The translations under genes and the position numbers were made by a program. A stretch of 64,000 nucleotides of DNA from a bacterium (GTDB lineage: Bacteria; Babelota; Babeliae; Babelales; UBA12409), in the NCBI GenBank assembly GCA_018660415.1, contig JABJKG010000013.1, positions 193,874-257,873 on the forward strand, given 5' to 3'. Positions 9,892 to 19,596 of this stretch are shown here, one piece after another. Positions within the stretch are counted from its first letter, which is position 1. Every line of letters begins with the position of its first letter. The notes beneath the pieces were generated by a model, which saw only the letters and a list, made by a program, of their open reading frames with translations, did no database searches and was not told the DNA's origin.

Positions 9892-10595
9892 GATTGTTGC
9901 CCTGGAAGGTTTTTAATCAAAGCGTCTATGGCTTGCACGATTGGTTTAACATAATAACGCCAGTCCTGGCTTTGTTTGAGGCCTGCCTCAAATGCAATCG
10001 CGGGAGCTTTGATTCCCATAAGGCAATTGAGGGGGGCTTTTACCGGGCAACGGACGGTAATGTTTTTTAAATAGGGATCACTGCTCAATGTTTTATAGAT
10101 ATTGTTAAGATACAGTGGGGTTGTGGTTGCAGAAAAGACATTGGCATGCTGTTGCTTACAAAAGGTTAAGCTTTTTGGCTGGCCGATCATCTGTATATTA
10201 TTCGTTCCATAGTAATAGGGTGAGAGACTCAATGTGTCATCGGTGAAGAATAGTAGAGAAATAAACAGTTGTATTTGCAGGCGATTGGCAAAGTTGGCTT
10301 TCTCTTGTTGGGATATTTGCTCACCAAGGTTATGGGAAAAGACAACACGGATATGTGGATTACTTACTTCTAATGCTTTTTTAATTTGTTCTGCCCATAG
10401 CCGTGTAACTCCTCTTTCTGTGCCATCGGGAGTGAGGCGTCCTGGAGACTTACTGTCACCCTGTGGGCTGAGCATAATGGTATAGGTATACGGTTCTTTT
10501 GGCCCCAGAAACTGTGTTGGTTGAAATGGAGCTCGATAGCATTCAATGCTCAGTGCTATCCCTAAAACCAAGAAAAAATAAAACTTTATCTGCAT
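9888..10595 (-). CDS. Amidase_3 (AmiA/B/C)-like protein with degenerate metal ligands
   Basis: Signal peptide. MLSPQGDSKSPGRLTPDGTERGVTRLWAEQIKKAL and IQLFISLLFF align by eye with the GHGGxDPGA...EK...LA and ADLFxSIHxNA blocks of N-acetylmuramoyl-L-alanine amidases. Both His positions are replaced. Confidence 0.45.
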   Translation of the reverse strand: MQIKFYFFLVLGIALSIECYRAPFQPTQFLGPKEPYTYTIMLSPQGDSKSPGRLTPDGTERGVTRLWAEQIKKALEVSNPHIRVVFSHNLGEQISQQEKANFANRLQIQLFISLLFFTDDTLSLSPYYYGTNNIQMIGQPKSLTFCKQQHANVFSATTTPLYLNNIYKTLSSDPYLKNITVRCPVKAPLNCLMGIKAPAIAFEAGLKQSQDWRYYVKPIVQAIDALIKNLPGQQS

Positions 10596-12769
10596 GTTAA
10601 GTTGCTGGTTAAAAACTCAGTCAAGAAGGTTTTTCTTTTAATATTTTTATTGTTTTTAATTGCCATAGCAAGCGCGCGTGCTTGCCCTATAAATATACAT
10701 AATTTTTTTGCTCGTGTCAGTGCTGTATAAATTAAATTTCTCTGTAAGAGCATGAAGTGTTGCATAAAAATTGGGATAATGACGGCATCAAACTCAGACC
10801 CCTGACTTTTATGAATTGATATAGTATAGGCAAGAACAATCTCATCGAGTTCAGACTGTTGATATTCAATGATAAGAGAATTAAAGTCTACGGTCATCAG
10901 TTTATCTTCAGTATTAATGTCGATAATGATTCCAATGTCACCATTATAAATGTTCTTATCATAATTATTTCTGATCTGCATGACTTTATCATTGATCCTA
11001 AAATTAACTCCCATATATACAAGCTTTTTTTCATCCTTTTTTTCAGGGTTGAGAATCTGCTGTAAATTGTGGTTGATGTTTTGAGTGCCAACCAAGCCGC
11101 GGTTCATTGGAACTAAAACCATCGTGTTATTAGCTTTAATGTGATGTTGTTTTAATGTTTTTTTAAACAGTGATGCCAAGTGTTGTTGAACCATCTCAGG
11201 CTTTTCTTCTCTGATCCAGAAAAAATCCTTTTTAGCTTCAGGCAATGAGAATACAGGAAACTCGCCCTTGTTAATACGGTGAGCATTAACGATAATAAGA
11301 CTGTTTTGTGCTTGTCTAAATATTTCTGTTAGTTGAACACAGGCGGCAATCTTGCTTTGAATGAGGTCATTTAGAAAGTTACCTGCTCCGACTGCAGGAA
11401 GCTGATCAACATCACCAATGAAAATAACATGCGCCTTGAAAGGAACCGCTCTTAAGATCGCGTTAGCAAGGAAAATGTCGATCATCGATGCTTCATCAAT
11501 GATAAGAAAGTCTAGCTGTAAGGTATGTTGCTCATTGCGTGCAAACTGCATATTTGAAACATCAAATTCCAAAAGGCGATGCAAGGTTAATGCATGCTTG
11601 CCTGTTCCCTCAATAATCCGCTTGGCAGCCCGACCCGTTGGTGCTGCTAACTTATAGGTAGCATGCTGTTGCTCTAAAATCGAAAGTAGTTTTTTAATCA
11701 GAGTCGTCTTCCCTGTTCCAGGACCGCCGGTTATAATTGAAACCTTATTGGTTAAACAGGAAATAATGCCACGCTGTTGATCTTCGTTGAGTGCAATAGT
11801 GTCAGTAGTGCTTTCCTTACGAAGTTGGTCATAGATTGTATTAACATCAAATGACAGTGGTGGAGATTTTTCTACTAAGTACTTTATCTTATCACCAACA
11901 CTCTTTTCGGAATAATAATAGCGTGTAAGCGTTACAAAATGTTTTTCGTTATGAGATATCAGTTTTATTTTATCCTCTTCATAGAGGCCGTGAAGTGCTT
12001 GCTTCATGAGAGACTGTTGATCTCGTTCTAACTCTAAGATTTCAAGAACTTCTTTTTTCAGCTCGCTAATCTCGGCATACAGGTGACCTTTGCCGATTGT
12101 TGTAGTGATACCAAATGTAATACCGGCCTTGACGCGTTCTATAGAATGTTTTTCAAATCCAATATTGAGTGCAATTTTATCAGCGATTTTAAAGCTGATG
12201 CCCCAAATATCTTCAGCTAAGCGATAGGGGTTTTGTTGAACTTTTGCGACAGATTCATGGCGGTATTTTTTATATATTTTCATTGCATAAGCGGGAGAGA
12301 TCCCTTTATCTTGTAAGTACACCATGATGTGCGCGATTTCTTTTTGGTCTACCCATGCCGTGGTGATCACGTCTGCTCGTTTTGGACCGATGCCAGGAAC
12401 TTCCGAAAGACGGTGAGGTTCTTTATCAATGATATTAAGTACCTCAAGTCCAAATGCTTTAATTAACTTGTCGGCATAAACAGGGCCGATTCCTTTTATA
12501 AACCCTGATCCCAGATATTTTTTCAATCCAACCAGTGTGGTTGGCAGTTGTGTAACACAATGGCTGGCTTCAAACTGTTTTCCAAACTTAGGATGAAATA
12601 TCCATGACCCGGACACAGTTATCTCTTGTCCAGGGATGACAGCTGGAAGATAGCCTTTAACGACGGTTGATTCTTTTTTATGTTTAACTATAAATATTTG
12701 AAAGCCGGTTTCCGAGCTTTCAAATACGACTTTATCTATAAGGCCGCAGAGCTCTTCATTTATTTTCAT
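10586..12769 (-). CDS. recD2: RecD2-type SF1 ATP-dependent DNA helicase
   Basis: Walker A ITGGPGTGKTT, Walker B LIIDEASMID, IGDVDQLPAVGAGN, and TISIHKSQGSEFD. The N-terminal region is HhH-like (GIGPKRA). Confidence 0.85.
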   Translation of the reverse strand: MKINEELCGLIDKVVFESSETGFQIFIVKHKKESTVVKGYLPAVIPGQEITVSGSWIFHPKFGKQFEASHCVTQLPTTLVGLKKYLGSGFIKGIGPVYADKLIKAFGLEVLNIIDKEPHRLSEVPGIGPKRADVITTAWVDQKEIAHIMVYLQDKGISPAYAMKIYKKYRHESVAKVQQNPYRLAEDIWGISFKIADKIALNIGFEKHSIERVKAGITFGITTTIGKGHLYAEISELKKEVLEILELERDQQSLMKQALHGLYEEDKIKLISHNEKHFVTLTRYYYSEKSVGDKIKYLVEKSPPLSFDVNTIYDQLRKESTTDTIALNEDQQRGIISCLTNKVSIITGGPGTGKTTLIKKLLSILEQQHATYKLAAPTGRAAKRIIEGTGKHALTLHRLLEFDVSNMQFARNEQHTLQLDFLIIDEASMIDIFLANAILRAVPFKAHVIFIGDVDQLPAVGAGNFLNDLIQSKIAACVQLTEIFRQAQNSLIIVNAHRINKGEFPVFSLPEAKKDFFWIREEKPEMVQQHLASLFKKTLKQHHIKANNTMVLVPMNRGLVGTQNINHNLQQILNPEKKDEKKLVYMGVNFRINDKVMQIRNNYDKNIYNGDIGIIIDINTEDKLMTVDFNSLIIEYQQSELDEIVLAYTISIHKSQGSEFDAVIIPIFMQHFMLLQRNLIYTALTRAKKLCIFIGQARALAMAIKNNKNIKRKTFLTEFLTSNLTCR

Positions 12770-13481
12770 GTTGTTTTAGTAAATCCTGGAATTGTGCATA
12801 TCCTTTTGGGCAGTTGTAAATAAGATCACCGAGGAAGATTCTAAGGTCCGTACAGAAACGATCCAAGTCTTGAATGGATCCAATAAGTTTATTAAAAACT
12901 TTAATTTCGTCACCTTTACATTCAGTCCATTTAAGAAGGAAAGTATTGGTACGCTTACGCTTTTCAGTCCATTCTTCCATGATCGGAGCTACAATCCAGC
13001 GAGTGGCTGATACTTGATCAATAAACGGCTGAAGCATTGTTTTAACTTCTTTTTTTGCTTTTTCAAAAGCTTGGGTAAGTTCTTTTTGAAAGGCGCTGTT
13101 GAGTTTTTCTCGTTCAGACTTGACTAGATAATGAATTCCTAACTGTCCACCTTTAAACGAGTATCTTCCAGCACGTTTTCCGGTTTTTTTATCAAGCTTA
13201 CCAATTTGGATTTCTAAAAGATCTCTAATGATAACCATGGATTCTTTAATGTTAATACCATCAATCATGTATGGTATTCCATCAAGGCGTCTTAATAGCT
13301 CATTTTCAAGTCTAATATGATCATTACCTTTTTTAGTAGGCAGTGAATTAAGGTCAATGTTATGTTCGTAGGCATATATGAGAGATTCGACATCAAGAAA
13401 ATCGAGAGACTGTAGTTCACGATTAGAATAACTGGATCCGACTATGAACAATAAAGCCAAAAATATTTGATTTAAACGCAT
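12756..13481 (-). CDS. Secreted hypothetical protein
   Basis: Signal peptide MRLNQIFLALLFIVGSSYS. A 14-nt overlap with the recD2 start suggests co-transcription. Confidence 0.5.
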   Translation of the reverse strand: MRLNQIFLALLFIVGSSYSNRELQSLDFLDVESLIYAYEHNIDLNSLPTKKGNDHIRLENELLRRLDGIPYMIDGINIKESMVIIRDLLEIQIGKLDKKTGKRAGRYSFKGGQLGIHYLVKSEREKLNSAFQKELTQAFEKAKKEVKTMLQPFIDQVSATRWIVAPIMEEWTEKRKRTNTFLLKWTECKGDEIKVFNKLIGSIQDLDRFCTDLRIFLGDLIYNCPKGYAQFQDLLKQHENK

Positions 13482-13523
13482 TTTTTTCCTTTTGTAAGAA
13501 ACAATTTAAGGCTTGAGACTACA

Positions 13524-15242
13524 CTAGAAATTAAATGTCAGTCCTGCGATAAGTGTAAAGTCTTTACCGATACCACTACTACTTAAAGTGATATCCCCAC
13601 CAAGGGAAAAAGTCAAATCATGTTTCTGTGTAAAGCGTTTATAAGAGACTGAACCGAATATTTTATTTTGATAGGCACTTGGCCGTTCAGCTTTTTTAGT
13701 TTCTTCTAAAGGATAAAAAGTACCAACAAGGGTTTCTGTAACGATATCTGAAACATCTCCGTCAGTTACAAGTTCAGACTTGACAGCATACTTATTGCTA
13801 TAAGAGCTTTCAGCACAAGCGATTCCTTCTTTTTGAATCCACCAAAAATCATAACCGAGTAGGATATTCCAGTTATTAGTAAGACGAAATTCTGGTGCGA
13901 ATGTACATTGTACTTGCGCCCTACCATTAACACCGACTTGTGTTTTATTTGGACCAAACTTTTCTTGGATGAGTTCACTCATATAAGACAAACGGTTGGT
14001 TGCCTCTTGCTCTGTTATATCCTCCCCTGTAGGAAGGAGAATTTCAAAGATTGATACATTGAGTTCTCGCATATCCCGGTTGGCTAGAATAAAGCGATCT
14101 TTTTTATTACCAAACAAGTAATCAAACTTAAATCGTGTTTTGACTGAGATTTTTTCTTGTATATGAAATTGAGGTTCTATAAAGATGCCAACCACCCATT
14201 GATTTTCTTGACCAATTGGTGGCGTAAGAAGGTTGGCAGATAGCCAATCTAAAATACGTGTACCATACTGTTTCTTCTCTTCATCCATTTCTGCTTCAAG
14301 GGCCTCTTTTTCTACTGGCGGAGCAGTGCTGGCCTCAACAAATTTACAAGTAAAACTTTCCAGATCTAAAAATGCAGGTTCAGTGATTTTGGTATAGTTA
14401 GATCCGTAAAGACCGCGTGTGAATATTGAACTTGGTACGTTTACTTGGAACCCAAGCGTTAATAGAAATGTATCTTGTTCCCAAAACTTGTACCCAGCTG
14501 AAAATCTGAAATCGCCTAATCCAAGAGAGTCTCCTACCAAGTGGTCTTGAATGAATGAAGTATCATTATTCGGTCCAGCACCAGAACCAAAGATGTTATT
14601 AGCTTTCAGCTCGTTTTGGTCTTGTATGGACGCATTATAGTGACGAGCAAAATAATACACTGGCACTTGAAATCCGGTATAGATACCGTTTGCAAATTGT
14701 TTGCGACCTTGGAACATTATCCCAAGTTTTGCTTCACGTACGGAAAAGTTTTCAAACAATCTCAATACTTTAATAATATCTATATTAAGCGTTTTTCCAA
14801 ACTGACCAAATACTCGTACCGTGTTTTCTTCATCTAGTGCTAAGTATCCTTTTAATTTTGTGCTTTTTGGAGCTAGATTTATTTTTTCCATCCAGTTGAG
14901 GAATATATCTGCGTTAATAAAGGATTTTCCGGTATTCCATTTAATGAAATTAGGTTGGTCGCTAATATAACGTGTTATGGGTGGGTCTGTATGTAGATAA
15001 GCGTTGATTTTCAGTGCATCTATAATGAGCGGGGACAGCTCCCCCCCTTTGAAGAGTTGAATGTCATTAAGAATTTGTGTTGCAGTTAGAGAACACCGAG
15101 TTTGGTCGATATTATCAAATGCATCACCTTGGTCATCGGCTTGCATGGCAAAGTCATCCCATTCAAAATCATCATCGTCCATAGGGATGATTGGTACGCA
15201 TATAAATAGCGCCAAGAAGAATACGATTAATTTCTTTGTCAT
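13524..15242 (-). CDS. Putative outer-membrane beta-barrel protein
   Basis: Signal peptide MTKKLIVFFLALFICVPIIP from the ATG at 15240-15242, followed by an acidic DDDDFEWDDF stretch. The C-terminal beta-signal ends LIAGLTFNF with a terminal Phe, and alternating hydrophobic strands run throughout. Confidence 0.55.
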   Translation of the reverse strand: MTKKLIVFFLALFICVPIIPMDDDDFEWDDFAMQADDQGDAFDNIDQTRCSLTATQILNDIQLFKGGELSPLIIDALKINAYLHTDPPITRYISDQPNFIKWNTGKSFINADIFLNWMEKINLAPKSTKLKGYLALDEENTVRVFGQFGKTLNIDIIKVLRLFENFSVREAKLGIMFQGRKQFANGIYTGFQVPVYYFARHYNASIQDQNELKANNIFGSGAGPNNDTSFIQDHLVGDSLGLGDFRFSAGYKFWEQDTFLLTLGFQVNVPSSIFTRGLYGSNYTKITEPAFLDLESFTCKFVEASTAPPVEKEALEAEMDEEKKQYGTRILDWLSANLLTPPIGQENQWVVGIFIEPQFHIQEKISVKTRFKFDYLFGNKKDRFILANRDMRELNVSIFEILLPTGEDITEQEATNRLSYMSELIQEKFGPNKTQVGVNGRAQVQCTFAPEFRLTNNWNILLGYDFWWIQKEGIACAESSYSNKYAVKSELVTDGDVSDIVTETLVGTFYPLEETKKAERPSAYQNKIFGSVSYKRFTQKHDLTFSLGGDITLSSSGIGKDFTLIAGLTFNF

Positions 15243-15530
15243 ACAAAACCTGATTTTTTCCAATTATTTTATTATGAAGGGTGTGATATTTCACGCTACC
15301 ACATTACACAACATATGAATATTATTTTTAATTATAGTGCTGTTTTATTGTATTAATTAAACAATCTCACCACTGAAAATATTTCTTTTTAGTCATTGAT
15401 ATTATATCATACTTTAACTATTGTGACAAAGCCCCGTTCTTTTATAAGGTTATTTTGCTCTTTTTACTATTTTCACGCTATACTAAAAACAATCAAACAT
15501 TTAGGAAATCTGTGGTTTAGAAAGGGGTAT

Positions 15531-16274
15531 ATGAAGACTGATAGCACCGTATCAACTGTTAAACGACTTATTATCGAAGGCAACATTGGGGCTGGGAAAT
15601 CGACGTTTTTGAATATAATTGAAAAACACTTAGAAATTGAAGGTGTTTTAGAGCCTCATGCTAAATGGCAGGATGTTGGTGATGGTGAGAATCTTTTGGA
15701 TTTATTCTATAAAGATACGCCGAGATGGGCTTATACTTTTCAGACTTATGCCTTTGTAACGCGTGTTTTAGAGCAAGAAAGCCGTGCGTTATCAGCTAAA
15801 CATCCTATACAGGTTTTAGAGCGTTCCGTATTCTCTGATCGGTTTTGCTTTGCTAAGAACTGTTTTGAAATGGGATTGATGAGTTCGCTTGAGTGGCAGC
15901 TGTACCAAGATTGGTTTGGATGGCTTGTTGAGGGGTATACTATCAAACCGTCCGGGTTTATATATCTACAAACTGATCCTGATGTTTGTTATAAGCGTCT
16001 TTTAAAGCGACAACGGTCAGAAGAGTCTGCAGTATCCTTAGACTATTTAACTAAGCTTCACAACAAACATCAACAATGGTTAATTGATAAGGATGACGAT
16101 CTTACGTATTTGGATGAGATTCCTGTATTGGTGCTTGAGTGTAACAATGACTTTGAAGATAACTTGGATGAACAACAGTCACATATTAAAAAAATTGCTG
16201 AGTTTTACAATATCCAATATCGTGATATTGCACCCCTACCTTCAGGCGGAAAAGAAACCATACTTTCACTATAA
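15531..16274 (+). CDS. Deoxynucleoside kinase (dNK/dCK/dGK family)
   Basis: P-loop IEGNIGAGKSTF and an ERSVFSDRFCF (ERS...DR) motif. The ATG at 15531 is preceded by AAAGGGG. The track start at 15396 (TTG) adds 45 non-homologous residues. Confidence 0.85.
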   Translation: MKTDSTVSTVKRLIIEGNIGAGKSTFLNIIEKHLEIEGVLEPHAKWQDVGDGENLLDLFYKDTPRWAYTFQTYAFVTRVLEQESRALSAKHPIQVLERSVFSDRFCFAKNCFEMGLMSSLEWQLYQDWFGWLVEGYTIKPSGFIYLQTDPDVCYKRLLKRQRSEESAVSLDYLTKLHNKHQQWLIDKDDDLTYLDEIPVLVLECNNDFEDNLDEQQSHIKKIAEFYNIQYRDIAPLPSGGKETILSL

Positions 16275-16319
16275 AAGTGATGTTGTTGGTTTGGTATTCT
16301 AAAAAATAGTTTAAATTTA

Positions 16320-16349
16320 TTGTAATTTTTTCTAAAAAAGGATTACAAT
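16320..16349 (+). promoter_or_regulatory. Candidate promoter of the atp gene cluster
   Basis: TTGTAA (16320-16325), 18-nt spacer, TACAAT (16344-16349), 45 nt upstream of atpE. Confidence 0.3.
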
Positions 16350-16394
16350 GAGAAAACTATATTAAAGAATAACCTTTTTTAGAAGGGTAAAACT

Positions 16395-16640
16395 ATGACT
16401 GACGGAATTTTTATTGCCAAGGCGGCGGCTTATATTGGGGCTGGTTTTGCTATGGCTGTTGGAAGCTTGGGTCCTGCTCTTGGGCAAGGAATGATTGGCA
16501 AGAAAGCATGTGAAGCTATTGGGAAGTATCCAGAGAGTGGGAACAAGGTGCGTCTTACCATGATTTTGGCTATGGCCTTTGTTGAGTCTGCGGCTATTTA
16601 TGCATTAGTGATTGCGTTATTATTAATATTTTTCAGTTAA
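16395..16640 (+). CDS. atpE: F0F1 ATP synthase subunit c
   Basis: An 81-aa two-helix hairpin: [23 protein letters not shown] in the loop region and the carboxylate helix [18 protein letters not shown]. Confidence 0.9.
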   Translation: MTDGIFIAKAAAYIGAGFAMAVGSLGPALGQGMIGKKACEAIGKYPESGNKVRLTMILAMAFVESAAIYALVIALLLIFFS

Positions 16641-16669
16641 AATCAAGTATTGAGGCTTAAGGAGCTTTA

Positions 16670-17035
16670 ATGTTAGCGCTCAATATTACTGTGTTTTTTC
16701 AGATGATCAACTTTTGGTTAGCATTCTATTTGTTGACTCGGTGGTTGTGGAGGCCGGCGCTTAAGTTGATTATTCGAGAAGAACGAGAACAACAATCATT
16801 AGAGTCTAAGATTGAATTGCAACAAAAATCTGTGAGTAACAATGAGCACCGTCGGGAACGACTGTGGAATATGTCACGCCAACAATTTGCACAACATACG
16901 CCGTCAGTTGGTTTAGTATTTATCAAAAATACCAAGATGCGTCAGTATACAATGCCGATAGTGGAAGATGCTGACGAAAGTCAGATGGTGACAGAGGTTG
17001 CTCGCTTTATAGTGTCAAAGGCTAATCATGTTTGA
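16670..17035 (+). CDS. F0F1 ATP synthase subunit b'-like
   Basis: N-terminal TM helix FFQMINFWLAFYLL followed by a charged helix. Its position between atpE and a second b-like gene supports the call. Confidence 0.55.
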   Translation: MLALNITVFFQMINFWLAFYLLTRWLWRPALKLIIREEREQQSLESKIELQQKSVSNNEHRRERLWNMSRQQFAQHTPSVGLVFIKNTKMRQYTMPIVEDADESQMVTEVARFIVSKANHV

Positions 17036-17519
17036 TGTATCAATGGTTATGTTTTGGATCTTTCGGTGGGTTAATTTTCTTATAATAGCTGGTGCTGCCT
17101 CGTATTTTTTCCATAAAAAATTTCTATCGATCATTCGTACCAAAATCAGTGAGAAGCGACATTTTTTTCAATCCCTTTATGAAAAATTAGAAGCCGCCTT
17201 ACATAAAAATAAGATGATTAATAAAGAAGTTGATCTGCAACAGCGGAATGCGGCATTATTGCTTTCAAAGGTTGAACAGTGGAACCATGCTGTTGAGGCT
17301 GTACGCGATAAAGATAAAACTACTGACAAAAAACGTCTTAAAGCGATGGAGCAGTATCGAGAGCGGCAGCTTGCAGAGTTTGCAGTATTGCAGGTACGAA
17401 AGCGAGTCATTCCTGAAGCGGTGCATAAAGCGCAGAAAGAATTGGCTCAGCAGTTTTCTCAAGAAACAACACAGGTTCATTATATGAATGATATAATTTC
17501 CTTTATGAAAAAGAGTTAA
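17028..17519 (+). CDS. atpF: F0F1 ATP synthase subunit b
   Basis: One N-terminal TM segment (FRWVNFLIIAGAASYFF), then a long charged helix. Operon position supports the call. Confidence 0.6.
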   Translation: MFDVSMVMFWIFRWVNFLIIAGAASYFFHKKFLSIIRTKISEKRHFFQSLYEKLEAALHKNKMINKEVDLQQRNAALLLSKVEQWNHAVEAVRDKDKTTDKKRLKAMEQYRERQLAEFAVLQVRKRVIPEAVHKAQKELAQQFSQETTQVHYMNDIISFMKKS

Positions 17520-17523
17520 GTTC

Positions 17524-18066
17524 ATGAATGTTAATCAAGATATTATTGCTTTTAAGTATGCACATGCGTTTTATAATCTTTATGGTGACGATTTATCCGA
17601 GCAAGACTTTTGGTATATTCGTTCAGCAGCATCATCATTGAAATATGTACCGGGTGTCCTTTTTTTCCTTACCTTGGTTGGTATTGAAATGGATACACGT
17701 AAAAAGATGATTCAGCTGCTTTTAAAAAAATTAAAACTGCCAGAAACGTTTTTGCGATTAATCGAGTTGTTAATGCAGCATAAACGTATCGGTTTATTGC
17801 CACAGGTTCTTCATGCATGTGTTGATATTTATCAAGAAAAGAACAGGGCGTTATTGTTTACTATGACAACGCCGATCCCGGTCAGTTCAGATGATGATAA
17901 AAAAGAAATAGAAAGCTTTTTGCAGAGATTGAGTGGTTGTCATATACTAGCTGAGTATACTATTGATAAAAAGTTAATAGCAGGCATGCGCGCATTGAAT
18001 AAGAACTATTTATGGGAATATTCAATTGAGAGCAAGATGTGGTCTATTACAAATTCGTTGGTCTAG
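17524..18066 (+). CDS. atpH: F0F1 ATP synthase subunit delta (OSCP)
   Basis: 180 aa, starting YAHAFYNLYGD and ending LIAGMRA. Its position immediately upstream of atpA supports the call. Confidence 0.65.
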   Translation: MNVNQDIIAFKYAHAFYNLYGDDLSEQDFWYIRSAASSLKYVPGVLFFLTLVGIEMDTRKKMIQLLLKKLKLPETFLRLIELLMQHKRIGLLPQVLHACVDIYQEKNRALLFTMTTPIPVSSDDDKKEIESFLQRLSGCHILAEYTIDKKLIAGMRALNKNYLWEYSIESKMWSITNSLV

Positions 18067-18082
18067 TCCATAGGAATTAAAG

Positions 18083-19588
18083 ATGGAAATCAAACATACT
18101 GATATTGTTTCGTTATTTGAAGATGCCTTAGAGCAAAAACCCCAAAAAGACCTTGAAGAGGTTGGTATTGTTCTACAGGTTGGAGATAATATTTGCCGCG
18201 TCCATGGGCTGAAAAAAGCACTCTATGGTGAAGTAATTCACTTTGAAGGCGGTAATAAAGGGATAATCTTTAATCTTGATGAAGATTATGTTTCCATATT
18301 TCTTTTATATAATCATATTCCCGTTGAGGAAAGTGAAGTTGCCAAGCGTACAGGACATCTTTTTAAGGCCGGTGTTGGCATGGGTCTATTAGGACGCGTG
18401 GTTAATGTTTTAGGAGTGCCTTTAGATAGTATGGGCGCGATTAAGTATGAAGGTTATGAAAACACAGAACAACCTATTGCTGGTGTTGTTGAGCGGATGC
18501 CGATTTCCCAATCATTATCGACTGGTACCTTATCGGTTGATTCGTTGGTTCCTGTGGGTCGCGGACAACGGGAGTTGATTATTGGCAACCGGAATACGGG
18601 AAAGACTGCTTTAGCTATTAATGCGATCATGAGTCAGAAAAATAAAGGCGTATATTGCATTTATGTTTCTATTGGACAGCGACAAGCCAATGTTGCACGT
18701 TTAGTACAAACCTTACAGCAACAAGGGGTGATGGATTATACTGTTGTTGTATCGGCGGATGCTGGAGATCCTGTATTGACACAATACTTAGCGCCATTTG
18801 TAGGGAGTACGATCGCTGAATATTTTAGATCAAAAGGTTTTGATGCTTTGATCGTATATGATGACTTAACTAATCATGCAACAGCCTATCGTGAAATGTC
18901 TCTTTTATTACGGCGTCCACCAGGACGTGAAGCCTATCCTGGCGATGTTTTTTATCTACACTCACGGTTACTTGAACGTGCCGGTCGTCTTGCCGATGGC
19001 GCATCTATTACTGCGTTGCCGATAGTTCAGATTCAGGCTGATGATATTACTTCATATATTCCTACTAACTTGATCTCGATTACTGACGGTCAAATATTTT
19101 TAGATACGCGGTTATTTAATCGTGGGATTCGTCCTGCCGTCAATGTTGGACTTTCAGTTTCTCGTGTTGGTGGAGCTGCGCAGACAGAAGCTATCAAGCG
19201 TATGACTAAAGCTTTACGGTTAGAGCTTGCACAATACCATGAATTACTTGATTTTGCACAGTTTGGAACTGAGCTTGATGAAATATCTCAACGTCGTCTT
19301 GCTCGTGGAGAGCGCGCAGTCGAGTTACTCAAGCAGGAGCAGTTTGTGAGCTATTCATTTGTTGATGAATGCTTGATGTTATTTCTCTTGAAAGAGAAGT
19401 TCTTGGACATGTTGCCTATCAAGCAAGTTCAGGAGTTTGCTCGTCATTTTGTAAGCTTTGTACAAAACATCTATAAAGAGTTTTATGATACGATCTATGA
19501 AACTGAAAAAATCACTGATGAGCAATTTAAAGAGATGTTCAAGATCGCTCGAGAATTTTCCAAACTATACGTTCCAAAAAATAAATAA
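18083..19588 (+). CDS. atpA: F0F1 ATP synthase subunit alpha
   Basis: GRGQRELIIGNRNTGKTA (Walker A), VYDDLTNHATAYREMSLLLRRPPGREAYPGDVFYLHSRLLERA, and ITDGQIFL. Confidence 0.95.
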   Translation: MEIKHTDIVSLFEDALEQKPQKDLEEVGIVLQVGDNICRVHGLKKALYGEVIHFEGGNKGIIFNLDEDYVSIFLLYNHIPVEESEVAKRTGHLFKAGVGMGLLGRVVNVLGVPLDSMGAIKYEGYENTEQPIAGVVERMPISQSLSTGTLSVDSLVPVGRGQRELIIGNRNTGKTALAINAIMSQKNKGVYCIYVSIGQRQANVARLVQTLQQQGVMDYTVVVSADAGDPVLTQYLAPFVGSTIAEYFRSKGFDALIVYDDLTNHATAYREMSLLLRRPPGREAYPGDVFYLHSRLLERAGRLADGASITALPIVQIQADDITSYIPTNLISITDGQIFLDTRLFNRGIRPAVNVGLSVSRVGGAAQTEAIKRMTKALRLELAQYHELLDFAQFGTELDEISQRRLARGERAVELLKQEQFVSYSFVDECLMLFLLKEKFLDMLPIKQVQEFARHFVSFVQNIYKEFYDTIYETEKITDEQFKEMFKIAREFSKLYVPKNK

Positions 19589-19596
19589 GGATTTTC

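Noticed and set aside
15396-15530. N-terminal extensions of track ORFs (15396, 38518, 41702, 46316, 50662, 36333, 28616)
   Set aside because: In each case an internal ATG with a purine-rich RBS coincides with the start of homology or of a signal peptide. The upstream extension uses a non-ATG start or adds non-homologous residues.
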